Of a DNA stretch of 45,904 nucleotides, positions 24,284 through 35,961 are shown one piece after another. The notes under the pieces were generated by a model. It saw nothing but the letters and a program-made list of their open reading frames with translations. It had not been told where the DNA came from and did not search any database. The DNA is from Dirinaria sp. TL-2023a (Eukaryota). Each line of letters starts with the position of its first letter. Position 1 is the stretch's first letter. A program made the position numbers and the translations under genes. The stretch lies in NCBI GenBank assembly GCA_051941275.1, contig JAVEBF010000029.1, positions 1-45,904 of the forward strand, given 5' to 3'.

Positions 24284-25313
24284 TCACTCTGTGCATATCT
24301 TCTCTTTCGATACCCCGGCGCAAGCGCAATGCATCCGGACTGCGATTAGCCGTTTATCGCTCATCGCCCATGTGCTAAATCCTCACCAGTAATGCCGTGA
24401 TAATTGAACTCCCACTTAATCCTTAATTCCCAAGATAAGCGGACAGTCAACACGGCGACCGGCGGTGGGCCAAAACTTCCGCTGGAACCACGAGACAGGG
24501 TTATAAGGAAAATGTCAACCAAGACCGAGACCGGTAAGGAAGCACCAAACATCAGATTATCATAGTATTCAACGTCCCACTTGGAATAGCTTCTTGAGCA
24601 ACCCTTCAACGATGACCAACTGCCTTGAGAGGACAGCATTGCGATAGATTCCAGATCTCGCCTTGCTCGATACATGTAGGCAACCATAAGGTAGCTCGCA
24701 ATAGTGCATGGTGATTGTCAGGACTCGTACTTTCCGACAGACAGCTTGAAGGGCGTGGAGCCCTTTCCTATCATTGCAATGATGGGTCCTCAGCAAGTGA
24801 TTCAGGGCTCGTAGCTGCCGGCTGATATCATCATGGAAGCATTTTGCAAATGCTTGCATCCCCTCGAGCTGGACTAGGAAGAGCTCTCGTTTAGAATGCA
24901 TGAACTCGCCATGTATCGCTACAGAGGAAGTCTTTGATGTTTCTGGTTTTGGACGAAGCACGATGGCGAGTATAAAGCACAGCAAGAAGAGGGTTTCTCT
25001 GAGAACGATCGAGTATATATGTGCCTTAGGTAATGAGCAAGGTAAATGAGGTAGATAAGGTACCTTTATCTAATGTCAAGCTGGTGATCCTGGACACCTC
25101 ACTTATTAAGGTACTTCCTACCTGGAAACCCTATCCAACCCGTGTTGAGGTTAGTGCGTCTCGCTTAACTATTCGGCGCGCGTGTGAGGCAAGAAGGCAG
25201 GTGTGGAGGTGAGAGCCAGACACATGGACTTTACCGTACCTTAGTAGCGGATAAGAACACCGTCCTAAGCCTGTCCATTTGTGAAAGTTGTGAAAGAATG
25301 TGCAACAACAGAC

Positions 25314-27241
25314 ATGGAACCAACAAAGGAAGACGATGGCGACAGCAATAGGGATAGCAAACCCAGGCGTCCAAACTATGACACTCGTCGTAAATCCTCC
25401 ATATCAGAGACTTTGAACAGCTTTACATCCCACCATTTTGGTCGACTTCGTACTACGACTGATATTGCCAGTTCCGCAACTGCAGGTGGCAAACTACCAA
25501 CATCAGGGTTGCCGAGACCAGCAGCTGCATCTCGTAGTGCTTCATTCTTTAGCAATTTAGGAGCTTTCGCTTCTAAATCAGCGACTGCACTGGAGAAGAA
25601 TAAGCCTGCGCAGTCTGTGACAGTCAAGCAGACTCGCAAGTTGTCGGATCGGCTCTCCTCGACAAATTTCTTTTCTCAGACCCAGTCCTCTTCCCAGATA
25701 CAACCTTGTAAAGACAAGCCCCCAACACCATATCCAAAACAGAGGAAGCGGGACAGTGTTCAGATAACTCAACACGGCCTTATGCAGCCCATTCATCCCG
25801 GTGTGCCTCGCAGCAGCACCACAGGGCAGCTCGGCCAGCATTCAACCTCGATCTACACCCCAAGCTTCATGCGCCCCACGTCCAGCAGTGCTCGTCGTCA
25901 TAGCCAGACTGGGCAGCGTGGATCGACTTACAACTTCACAAGGCCACTGCGAACTTCTTCAATAAATCCGAGCGAGAGCAAAGTTGGAAAGCAGCCGATC
26001 CCTGCTGACAGCTCCTTTCTCTCTCCAGCCCACGAATCAGACGAACATAATGCTGTTGAGTACAACACTGACGAGGAAGTCCAGGTCGGAAGGGCAAGGG
26101 CGATGTCAATCACTCCTGTTCGCTGCGTCAGTTCTCACAGTCCTTTTTGTGAGAGCAACTTCGCTTACGGGCTTCCCGACAAGCACAACCAAGAGAAGCG
26201 GAATTCGAGTAAGCCGTTCGATCATCTCATCTCCCGCCCCATCCGGTTTGAGCCAAAACCCCCAGGTCGCCACGACAACTTCAGCAAGCCTCTACCCTTG
26301 CTCACTCCGGATCGTAGCCGCGACAAGCTGAGAGAGGTGCTGGGCTGGGAAGATGAAGATGTGGCGCAACTCAGGGGACGCGACTCGGTCGAGTACTACC
26401 GTCGCCGGAGCGCCAGTAAGACCATCGACCGACCACTCTCCGATCAGATCCTCGATGACCTTTACAAGCCGGAAGGTATAGAGTTCGCTCCCGCACCGAG
26501 TGAAGAAGATTTCATTGAGGAGGATACCGTCATTCACACCGGGGAAGCAGATCTGATTAAAGGAGCTTTCGCTAGCGTTGCCAACGAGAACGTTGGACAA
26601 TCGAGCAACGAAGGAGACAACAACTTTACCAGCTCGACTGCATATAATCTGGATTCTGACGATCCTCGTCGCGTGAGTACCATCTCCACCCATTTGCTAT
26701 CTTGCACCTCGACACTCTCACGAGCCCGCCTTTTGGGTTTTCCCCTTAAGCGATCTCTCAATAATCCTCAACTAACCGATCTACTCAGGTCTCCACCGCA
26801 AAACCCGCCTCCTTCTGGCTCGGCCGCGTCTCGGCCCTCTCCGACCGCTTCCGCACCGAGGCACTCGCCGAATCCATGAACGCCCTCCCTCCGCCGTCCA
26901 TAGAGGCCGTTCAGACCTCCGCCACGGTCTCACACCCCATGCACGACGACAACCGCCGCTATCGCCGTGTATTCGTGACCCTGTACGGGTTGTGCGACAC
27001 CGAGGAGGCGAGGGCGAGCCTGAGGGAATTCCAAGGTACCTGGGAGCAGCGACGTCTGCGGGAGATAGGCGGTGCCAGGCCAGTTGCTGTGTCGGGTTAT
27101 GGAGGTATCTATGCCGGAGGAGGAGGAGGATACGGGACTGGCGAGACTGCAGCGGCGGGTAAGGTGAAGGAGAAGAAGGGCGTCTTCGAGAAATTGGGAC
27201 TGCGGCGCAAGAGTGGCGCGTCTGGCTCGGGCGGCCTGTGA
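25314..27241 (+). CDS. Hypothetical protein: long S/R/P-rich disordered N-terminus plus a fungal conserved-looking C-terminal domain (intron 26673-26788)
   Basis: The GTGAGT..CTAAC..CAG intron joins ORF 25281..26879 in frame to VSTAKPASFWLGRVSALSDRFRTE...RRYRRVFVTLYGLCDTEEARASLREFQ (about 603 aa). Confidence 0.75.
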
Positions 27242-27529
27242 ACGAGGAAATCTCGCACGTGCAAGAACCAAATATCAGGCCCTCTGTTTTTTCCCCCCGA
27301 AAGGAGATCACGACGGAATACGAGCTAAGTTTGCTATCTGTGGCGGAGGGTAGTAGGTGCAGCATAGGCAGGCATTTAGTTGCAAGTCAATGAGAGCTAT
27401 CTGTTACCCACCATCATCCGCCGTACCTCCATGCACCTCAGTGATAGAGAAGTAAATGATAAGGAAACAGCCAAGGCTATCAGCCAGTCTTCGCTTCTTG
27501 AATCAGAATACCTAAAGCGTCACACCATC

Positions 27530-29106
27530 TCACTTCGTCTTCTCCGCGGCCTTTTTAGCCCGGATATAGCTCGCAATCTGCTCATGCCTCGTCACAAAGA
27601 ACAGCCAGCGGGCATCGCTCTTCCAAACCAGGACCCCAACCTCGTCCGCATACCGGCAGATGTCTTCATACTCGGCCTTGTCGCGGAATTCCTTGAACAG
27701 ATACCCCGGCGTTGTTTTCATCCTCTCCCCTTCGATCTGCCACAGGCGGATCTGGTCCACCACCGTCGGTGGCAAGACGGGGTTGTCTTTGCGCATCTGA
27801 GGGTGCGCGTGGGTGCTGAGGAAGGAGATGATTTGCTCGGATGTGATGCCCATGCCGACGGCGCGCCGGATCGACTCGCGGGTTATTTTGCCTGCGACCA
27901 TGTTTGGGTAGCGAGCTGATAGGCGGCAGAAGAGCTGTAGGATGGCGATCTGCAGTGGGGATGATGTATAGGCGTAGATCCGGTAGTTGGTCTCCACGAT
28001 AACGAAGCCGTTCGTGTTGTTGTCCGGCGTGGCGGTCGAGAAGGTGGAGGAGACAGTTGAGCGCAGAGCACCGGCGTCGGAGGTCAGAGTGGTAGCAAGG
28101 CGGGTGGGATAGAATATTTGAGACGAGCTGCGTTCGTAAACGAGACCGTAGTCGGCTAGGTCTTCAAGCATCCTTCTTTGTGTGGGCGTCAGGTTGGCTT
28201 TGCTGTAGGATTGGCCAAGTTCGAGGCTGCCGAGTGTGAAAAAGAACGAGAGCACGTCGACAACCTCCATATTTATCTGGACAAAGTCAGCATAATTAAG
28301 CGTCATTTGGCTTCATGGTGGAATCGGCACAGACAGCCTCGGCGCTTTCCAAGTAGAGCATTAATATCGCCCAGACCTGAGCATTGACTTCTTCGAGTAG
28401 AAAAGCGAAGCCTTCCTGGGTTATCTCAACCTGCCGCCCTCGAATGTCGATTAGACCGCCGCGACGAAGCAATGTAGTAACGCCTTCGCTGAGCCTGATT
28501 TGCTGGTCGCCTAGATTGATGCTCGTGCTGCCGACCATATAGCTCAAGACACCTTCCCACTGCCTTCGCGCATATTCATCAAGTTCCTCAATACTGATTT
28601 TCCCGTGATTCGAATCATCGAAAGGAACGCCAAATGACTTGTGGCTTCCTCCTCCCGTCAGTGCCAGCCGCAAAGAGCTTGCGAATGTATTGGTAAGCTG
28701 ATAGGCTCGAGGCTTGCCTGGATTGGCTATCGCGCTGACTACATGGTACCGCTCCAGGGCTGATATGGCAATATCGCGCTCTCTTTGAAGATGTCAGAGA
28801 TTTCAATTACTCGACCAACCTCGTAGAGTACCGTTTACTGTCCGGCCGGACCCAAGACTCCAAGTCCGTAACCGGTAGCGGATGGCTGATGTATAGCAGA
28901 GCCATGACGAAGCTCTTTGCTAAGGAAATCAGCTTGCACTTTGCATATCTAGGTCCTCATCACATTGGGAATTACCAGGGCATACCCAAATGAGGAAGCA
29001 TGCGCCTGAAAACAGCCAGGGCCGTTGAGGGCTGCTTGTACAGCTTAGCCCAGGTTGTACCTGGAAGGGATTCGAGGTATTCAAACGCCCGAAGGAAGGA
29101 AGACAT
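27530..29106 (-). CDS. TFB2: TFIIH p52 subunit (multi-exon)
   Basis: FEYLESLPG..LYKQPSTALAVFRRMLPHLAKSFVM, LRLALTGGG, ITQEGFAFLL, FYPTRLATTLTS, ETNYRIYAYTSSPLQIAIL, PPTVVDQIRLWQIE. Confidence 0.96.
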
Positions 29107-29432
29107 CTTTGCCAATACGATGCCCTCCCAACGCCCAGTGTTACCTGTCGATCATGGCGAAGAAATAGTTGCCCATTGCTTCCTTAGGGTATTGACTTAT
29201 TGGGTCAACCTTCCGGGTCAATTAATCCGGCGAGCGCTTGGCGGCTAAAGCGTCTCAGCGTCTATGTAAAGGAACTAGCATTTACGCCACTTAATGCACG
29301 AAGTTCATTGGTCCGCAATGCTTCCTTCTCTGTTCTCAGTTCTCTCTTTGCGTTCCCTCCATCGGCAACAGCCTTTGTGAGGTGTAAAAGTTTACACCAT
29401 AAGCCAGCATTTCATTGACATCAGACTGGACC

Positions 29433-30904
29433 ATGGCGTCCCAGCAGGGTCGGTCAGAACGCGTCTATCACCAAGACTACATAGCACGGATTCGGTATGA
29501 AAATGGGTTGCCTCCGCCCCCGGGAGCCCCGAAGCTGTTGGACATACCGATGGAAGGGCTGAGCTATTACACATCCGCTGCTTTTGCTTCGCGGATGGCG
29601 AGACAGCAGCCTCTCAATATTGAGGCGGACGCTGAGCTTGGTATGCCTATCGATCTTGTTGGCATGCCAGGCATTTTCGACGGAGACGAAAGTGGTACGT
29701 CAGGCTTCAAGCCTCCACGAGGGGATATTCCTAGTAAGACTAAGATTGTGTAGCCATTCAAGCCCCATTATCAATCCCACCAGCTCATCCGAAGGACAAG
29801 CCACTGCTTCGGCCACTTTCTGAACTCGGAAAACCCAAATACGCTACCAGTGGCCACAGTTTTCTACGCCGAACCGAATACATTTCTACTGAGTCGTCTC
29901 GCTCACGGGACTCCTTTACACCACGAAACTTGTCCAAGGCCTCACAGAGAACACGACGGCAGGTCGATACAGCGAAGGATGACCCCGTCAACATTCTACG
30001 TGCGACAGTAAAAGGCTTTGACATCGCATTCCCCGAAGACGCCTACAAAGGTCCTGATGCCCAAAATAACAAGATTAGAGGTGCTCCCCCTACTCACGCA
30101 GAGGTCGAAGCGTGGAACAACCCTCAACACCCGACGAATCCGGAGCTGAAATTAGTTGATGCATACCCAATCATGCCAGATCTAGACGCCATCCCGGAAA
30201 TTGGAGGCTATCATATAATTAAATTCACTGCTAATCCAACCGCGCCCTCAGTTTCTCGAGATGTACGACTGGACGTAGGCTTTCTAGAAATCAAGGAGCC
30301 ATCCATTGAAGCGCAAGAGGCTTTGACCGAAGAGTTTAATGCTAAGATGGCCGCCCACAATGCCGACCCGACGCGCAATCCTGTCCCGGGACCCCAATTC
30401 AACTACGAACTGTTCCTTCCAAGGGACGAACAAGTTGCCAAAGGGACGAAACGCAAGCTAGATATTGATGATCCGGACAAGGACAGTGACGAGCTTTACG
30501 GGAGTGAACAAAGGGAGAATCCAGGATTCCGATACGATCACATTCGCGCATATGATACCGCGCGTTCTGTATCAAACGAGGACTACCCGTACAAAGAAGT
30601 CGTTTTAGCACTTCATGACAACCCTGCACTCGAAAACCGAATTGGAACAGCCAATGGCAAAGTTCCATCAGAGGACCTACGTTTAGAGAAGGCTGCATAC
30701 TATTATCCCATCTATGCCAAGCTGCAATTAAAGCCTCGCCGCATTAAAAACCTTGCTCAGATTGGACGCGTTAGGAGAGCAGAAGAGGAAGACGCACACG
30801 TCGATGCAATGCACGTCACGATCAAGGAGCCGAGTGGTGACGAGCAAGAAGATCGCAACGCCCGCCTCCTGGCATTGGACGGAGGTCTCGATCCCGAGCA
30901 ATGA
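29433..30904 (+). CDS. PAF1: RNA polymerase II-associated factor Paf1 (intron ~29695-29753)
   Basis: HQDYIARIRYENGLPPPPGAPKLL, DAELGMPIDL, FLRRTEYIS, HPTNPELKLVDAYPIMPD and AYYYPI are Paf1 signatures. Confidence 0.94.
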
Positions 30905-31097
30905 CCTTCATCGGTCATGTAGCCTGCCGTTTTATTGTTCTTACGTCTCGTCTGCATCGTCGGCACAAGCATGGCGCATGTGCTTGTATTTGGCGGGGAC
31001 AGGATGTCCACTCCAAGAATCGGGGAACAAAGTTTGCCCTTAACGAATAGAAGAGCTTTGTTTGATACCCATCCAGCGTTTCCGCAGTGAATATTTC

Positions 31098-31746
31098 CTA
31101 TCGGGGATACGGTGAGGTGTATTCTGGTTCTGGTGGTTTGGGTGCTGGGATAGCAGAATGTTCTACCGCGGCGTTTAGAGAGCTTGGAGACGGTAGCACT
31201 CTCGACATGTTTGGTTGCGGCAACTGACGCTGCGCTCCTATGTTACCGTCTGCCTGGCCCGGATGCTGCTGGTCGCTGTGCTCGGATCCTGGGTTCTCTC
31301 TTCTATGCATTTTGACAACCCCCAACCTTTTCAGCGCTCTGCTGATCGTAGCTTGGGTGACTTTAATATCGAATGCGTCGGCGAGAAACCAGCAGACCTG
31401 TTCGTGATACACATTTGGATGTCGTGCAATAAAGCGAAGCATTGCCTGTTCGGCCTCCACTTAGCCCAATCTGAAGTGCGCGCGCCAACCCTCGACGCCC
31501 GTAGAGCCATGCGCCACTTACCTGTTCATGCTCCGGATTCAGCCTCCTTGGCCTTCCCTTGTGCTCCGGCGGAGGCTTGACTACGTTGCCGCAGGTTTTG
31601 AGATTCTTTCGCATCTTCCGTAGCTGCTCCCGGGTTATGTGAGTTCGATCTTCTATCATTTGATTGGTGTCGCCATTTTGAATGCATAAAGTGACTGTAC
31701 GCTTGACCTCTTCGCTCAGATCGCTCAACAACTGCTCCGAGGGCAT
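31098..31746 (-). CDS. 190-aa protein with tandem HTH resembling the Tc1/mariner-IS630 transposase DNA-binding region, no catalytic domain (intron 31446-31521)
   Basis: The GTAAGT..CTAAG..CAG intron joins two ORFs: ...QLRKMRKNLKTCGNVVKPPPEHKGRPRRLNPEHEQ|AMLRFIARHPNVYHEQVCWFLADAFDIKVTQATISRALKRLG, then a P/Q/S-rich tail. Confidence 0.75.
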
Positions 31747-32296
31747 TGCGAGTGCGGTATATAGGAATTCAATGATATAGACCCTTCGGAAGCATCATAT
31801 CGATGATTGCAATTTCATCCTCCTGGGGCGGTAGGGTCCTATTTTCACGTATTTGAGCAATTGGGCAGAGTACAATAGCGTTCGAGTGACATCCCTGAGA
31901 GTGAAGATGCTTCAAGACCTCGAGAACATAACTCACTTGGTACTTGCCAACCTCGGGGTTGAGAAGACTGCGCAAGAGTCGAAAGAGCCTGCCGTAACCC
32001 TGAAATCTTGGCGGATATTTTGTCGGGCCACTAGTAAAAGGCCTCGAGCCATTTCTTCCGCTAGCGCAGCTTCAGCCGAAAAAGAAAAAAAGTATCCCTC
32101 TCTCCGCTGTACTTTCACGATCTGACCCTGTGCACTGACTCAATGCCGCAGAGACTAGTTGTGCCTTTCGGGGCGGCCGATTCTCATCCTATGCGCAAGC
32201 TAGACCGGCCGAGCGTTCGATTACTGTCTGCCGACGAAACTGCCCTAGATGGACAAGCTTTGCATAGGGTAACGGCAGCCACAAGCTCGGTCGAAA

Positions 32297-33973
32297 ATGG
32301 CTGAGGTAGAACGGGATGAAGCTGTGGACTTAGCAGACTCTGGCTTTTTACCTGACATCAATGAACCTGATTCTCGAGATCGCGACGCTCCCGAGGGGAC
32401 CGATGCTTCATGGCCAATTCCTACGAAGAGCATTGCAGATCTTCGTCACCCTCCTCCTCACCTTCTTCAGATGCGACAACGGCTCTTCGAAGTCCAGAAC
32501 AGAATTGAGCTACACTTGGACGAGTTTGAGCTCTACTGGCCGTATGTGGACAACGTTTGGGTCAGGCAGCACCGCGCAAACACAGATAAAAGTGGGAGAT
32601 ATGTCACCGATTACTACGCGTGCCGTCTACAGCGTCCTACATATACGCCGAGTAAAGAAAGGGCAGAAGGAAAGCCCACAAGAAAAAAACAAATCCGTCA
32701 AGGAGGCACGTGTCAAATGCGACTGAAGACGGTCCGATACGTCGGAGGCTATGTTGGCATGAGTATCATGCAGATAGGCGAGCAGACTGAACATACTCAT
32801 GACCTTGACCATATCGACAAGATCAAGCGAACGTCCGTCCTCATGGACATTGCAAGATCCGAGGTAATGAAAGGGTATATGCCGGCCTCGGTGTTCACGG
32901 TGATGAACGAGAACCCGGAAAGGCTAGCCGTCGCTGGTGGACGTCATCTGAATCGGAACGATGTTCGCAATGCATCCCAAGCTTGGCGACAGCAGCATCG
33001 CCAAGAGCTCCGGGTGCACGAAGGCTACAAGTACGATCATGGCAATGGCATCGTCCGGCAAGATCATGTCAATTCAGCTTTGATCAACGATGTGCAGATT
33101 CCTCAAGGCGCACTTGGAAGTGTGCAACCTTTGCCTCCCAATACCCTTCGCTTCCCACACGAATACCGAGCTGCATTAGAACCGTATCTCCCATCGAAGA
33201 ATCTCGAGCATGATCCGAGCGGACAAAGACTGCCTCATGTCACACTGACCTACGCTACTTCGATGGATTCATCACTGACACTCGCACCTGGCTTGCAAAC
33301 CATTCTGTCCGGGCATGAGTCTAAAGCTATGACACATTACCTACGCTCAAGACACGACGCTATCCTGATAGGCGTAGGGACTGCAACTGCTGACGACCCG
33401 GGCCTGAATTGTCGGCTGGAAGGCGTTGGAGGCTTCGGTGGTTTAGGTTGGGAGGGCCAGCCGCGGCCGGTTATTATCGACCCTGGTGCTAGATGGTTGA
33501 TTACTCCGGAAGCCCGTATCATCACGACTGTGCGGGAAGGAAAGGGCAAGGGACCGTGGGTTATCATTGCCCCTGGCTTTTCCATGGATCCGACACGGTT
33601 GGAGATGCTCAAATTCTACGGCGGGAAATACCTTGGCCTTACCGAATTCGACCAAAGGTGGCGGCTGAGGTGGGAAGCCATCTTGAAGGCGCTGGCTGCT
33701 GAAGGCATCAGGAGTGTGATGATCGAAGGAGGTGGTAAAGTCATCAATGATTTACTCCACTCTGACCATACACACCTCATCGATTCGGTTATTGTGACTG
33801 TTGCGCCGACTTACCTAGGAAGAGGGGGTGTGCTCGTAAGCCCGGCGCCGAAGCATGATGCAGCTGGGAGGCCGCAGCCAGTGCTACGATTCAAAAATGT
33901 CCGATGGCAGCCTATGGGCCAAGATGTTGTAATGTGTGCCAGTGTCAAAGAAGAATTTGAGCATGTGGGTTGA
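32297..33973 (+). CDS. RIB7: 2,5-diamino-6-ribosylamino-4(3H)-pyrimidinone 5'-phosphate reductase (RibD_C/Rib7) fused to an N-terminal C2H2 zinc-ribbon-like domain
   Basis: From aa ~312: LPHVTLTYATSMDS, SKAMTHYLRSRHDAILIGVGTATADDPGLNCR, PRPVIID, SVMIEGGGKVIN, VTVAPTYLGRGG. The N-terminal ~310 aa lie in the same uninterrupted ORF. Confidence 0.9.
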   Translation: MAEVERDEAVDLADSGFLPDINEPDSRDRDAPEGTDASWPIPTKSIADLRHPPPHLLQMRQRLFEVQNRIELHLDEFELYWPYVDNVWVRQHRANTDKSGRYVTDYYACRLQRPTYTPSKERAEGKPTRKKQIRQGGTCQMRLKTVRYVGGYVGMSIMQIGEQTEHTHDLDHIDKIKRTSVLMDIARSEVMKGYMPASVFTVMNENPERLAVAGGRHLNRNDVRNASQAWRQQHRQELRVHEGYKYDHGNGIVRQDHVNSALINDVQIPQGALGSVQPLPPNTLRFPHEYRAALEPYLPSKNLEHDPSGQRLPHVTLTYATSMDSSLTLAPGLQTILSGHESKAMTHYLRSRHDAILIGVGTATADDPGLNCRLEGVGGFGGLGWEGQPRPVIIDPGARWLITPEARIITTVREGKGKGPWVIIAPGFSMDPTRLEMLKFYGGKYLGLTEFDQRWRLRWEAILKALAAEGIRSVMIEGGGKVINDLLHSDHTHLIDSVIVTVAPTYLGRGGVLVSPAPKHDAAGRPQPVLRFKNVRWQPMGQDVVMCASVKEEFEHVG

Positions 33974-34813
33974 GAAACGCCCTGCAAGGTTATTGAGGAT
34001 ACTGGCTTGGCTGCTCTATGGCCGAACAGCAAAGGATATCCTAAAGATATGAGTCTCTCTGCTTATGCAAACACCATTTGCAAATGAGTACAGAAAAGCT
34101 CGGCTTCTTAATGGCGCCTCATCCTGCTGTGCGGCCTAGGAAGTGCAAACATTTGTCACTATAATGACAGCTTTAGGCCGATTAAAAGGTTCGCGCTCCT
34201 ACTTTGAAAATACTATGCTATGCAAGAGGCTTGCTTGAGTGCAGCAAACACTCCGACACAGTCGAAACAGATGGGGTGCTCTCGAGCTCTCAAGAAATGT
34301 AAGGGGTCGTATTAGCATTCGGCCTTGCTCATTAGGCATACTATTACCACGATCTAAATAACTAGTCAACTGATTAATCACATGTAGGAGCACTTCACAT
34401 ACCTAGTATGGTATCCGAAAATTTGCTGGTGTCTTGCAAAGAGTATAAGACTTCCTGAAGACTGGGTCTTCGTTCAGCCAGCGTCACGACAGAACTGTCG
34501 TCCCATCTCCGATGATTTTAACAGATTGAACAACCCTTAACGCAGGCATTCAGGACAATTAGCAATGGGTGATGGTAGTTCTGTCAACAATCAAGCCCAC
34601 TAAGGCTGCAACATCAGCTTCAGGCGAGTTCGTTCGAAAAGATCATTTCAGAATTATGGTCTATTGGCTGCTTTTCCCCTTTCGCCAGCCCGAAAATGCA
34701 TTTCTCGGACGGTCAAGTACCCTAGATATATTACAGTAGCACGAAAGCCCATCTTGTCGCCCTAGAAAACCCTGCCGTTCGTATTCAATTACGTAGCGGA
34801 TGATGCAAGCTTC

Positions 34814-35588
34814 TCAATGAGCGACTCTCTGATTGTACCGTGCCTTGCCAAATGTGAAAGGGACGTAGCGATATTTGATCATATGTTGAATTTGCTTCCG
34901 CACTATTGATATTCCTCGTGTCAGCTCGCAACTATCGTCGTCGCCCAAACCGCAGCTTCGTCAAGAGGGAGTACTTACTCGTCAGGCCAAAGAGGATAAA
35001 GAAATAAACCACCAGCACGGGCCAGAAAACGGGCACATTGAAGATCTGCCACCAGGAGCAAAAGAAGGCCAACAAGATCGCCCGTGTGCTTGAATGCCAG
35101 AATTTGAATTCCGGCAGGCGCCGAATGAACGGTCGGAATTCCTCGTCTTGCTTGGTAGGCAGCGCTTCGCCGTCTTCGAGGCCTTCGTCTTGAGCGAGCG
35201 AGGGATCGAATTTGGGTTGGAGAAAGGCTAGGAATTGGTTCAGGAGGTAGATGCCCAGGGTATAGCAGACTGGCGGAGACAGTGTCAGCGGAAAGAGTGA
35301 AGTCCGCAAGGGAGAATTGGCAAAGGCCATGCGCACCGATATACCAGCCCTGGGCGATGACTATACGGAGGAAGAAAATGACAAGGAAGGCGCCAGTGGC
35401 TGACCAGCGGTAGGCGACAAAGGGTGTGGATTTATCGAGGTAGGATTGATAGAACTAAGTAGGTTTGTGAGCCGGTAGCCAAAAAGAGAGAGAGGTATGG
35501 CCAGCTCTTCGGCCCATACTCTTGTCAATCGCGATGTTTGCGCGCTCACAGCTGCAAAAGGGGTGGCATCTGGCTCTGTGCTGTCCAT
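34814..35588 (-). CDS. RER1: ER retrieval protein Rer1 (multi-exon)
   Basis: YQSYLDKSTP, QGWYI, YTLGIYLLNQFLAFLQPKFDP, EEFRPFIRRLPEFKFW, VPVFWPVL, RKQIQHMIKYRYVPF. Confidence 0.97.
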
Positions 35589-35961
35589 CTCAAAAGGCTG
35601 TAGCGGCGACGAGCGCCAGGTTGCCGTCGTCCGGACAAGACAGCTGATCCAGGAAAGTGAACGAAATAAGTTTGTGAGAGCGATAGAGATGGAGTAGGAG
35701 CCACCGGGATCAGTACTCAGTGTATGTAGATGATCGTTTTTCGACCGACGGATACTTGTTGACTTGTTACGGGCGATGTTGAAATATTCCAGCAGCCTGC
35801 AGGGGTCCTGAGGCTTCCAATTTGCCTTTTCAGCGCGCCAAGCATCGGAAGCTCCCCGCAAGGTATGAGTAGTACCTCGTACTTGTGACTTGGGGGATTC
35901 AATATCTGATTCAATTCTCCGCTCTTCTCCCATTTTTCCTCCTTTCACCGACAATCTAATC

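Noticed and set aside
24361..24985. ORFs 24569..24985 and 24361..24687 as a gene
   Set aside because: Non-ATG or weak starts, no recognisable motif, no clear splice path; cannot be supported.
31098..33973. Active DNA transposon
   Set aside because: No DDE catalytic domain in either gene, and no terminal inverted repeats or target-site duplication seen.
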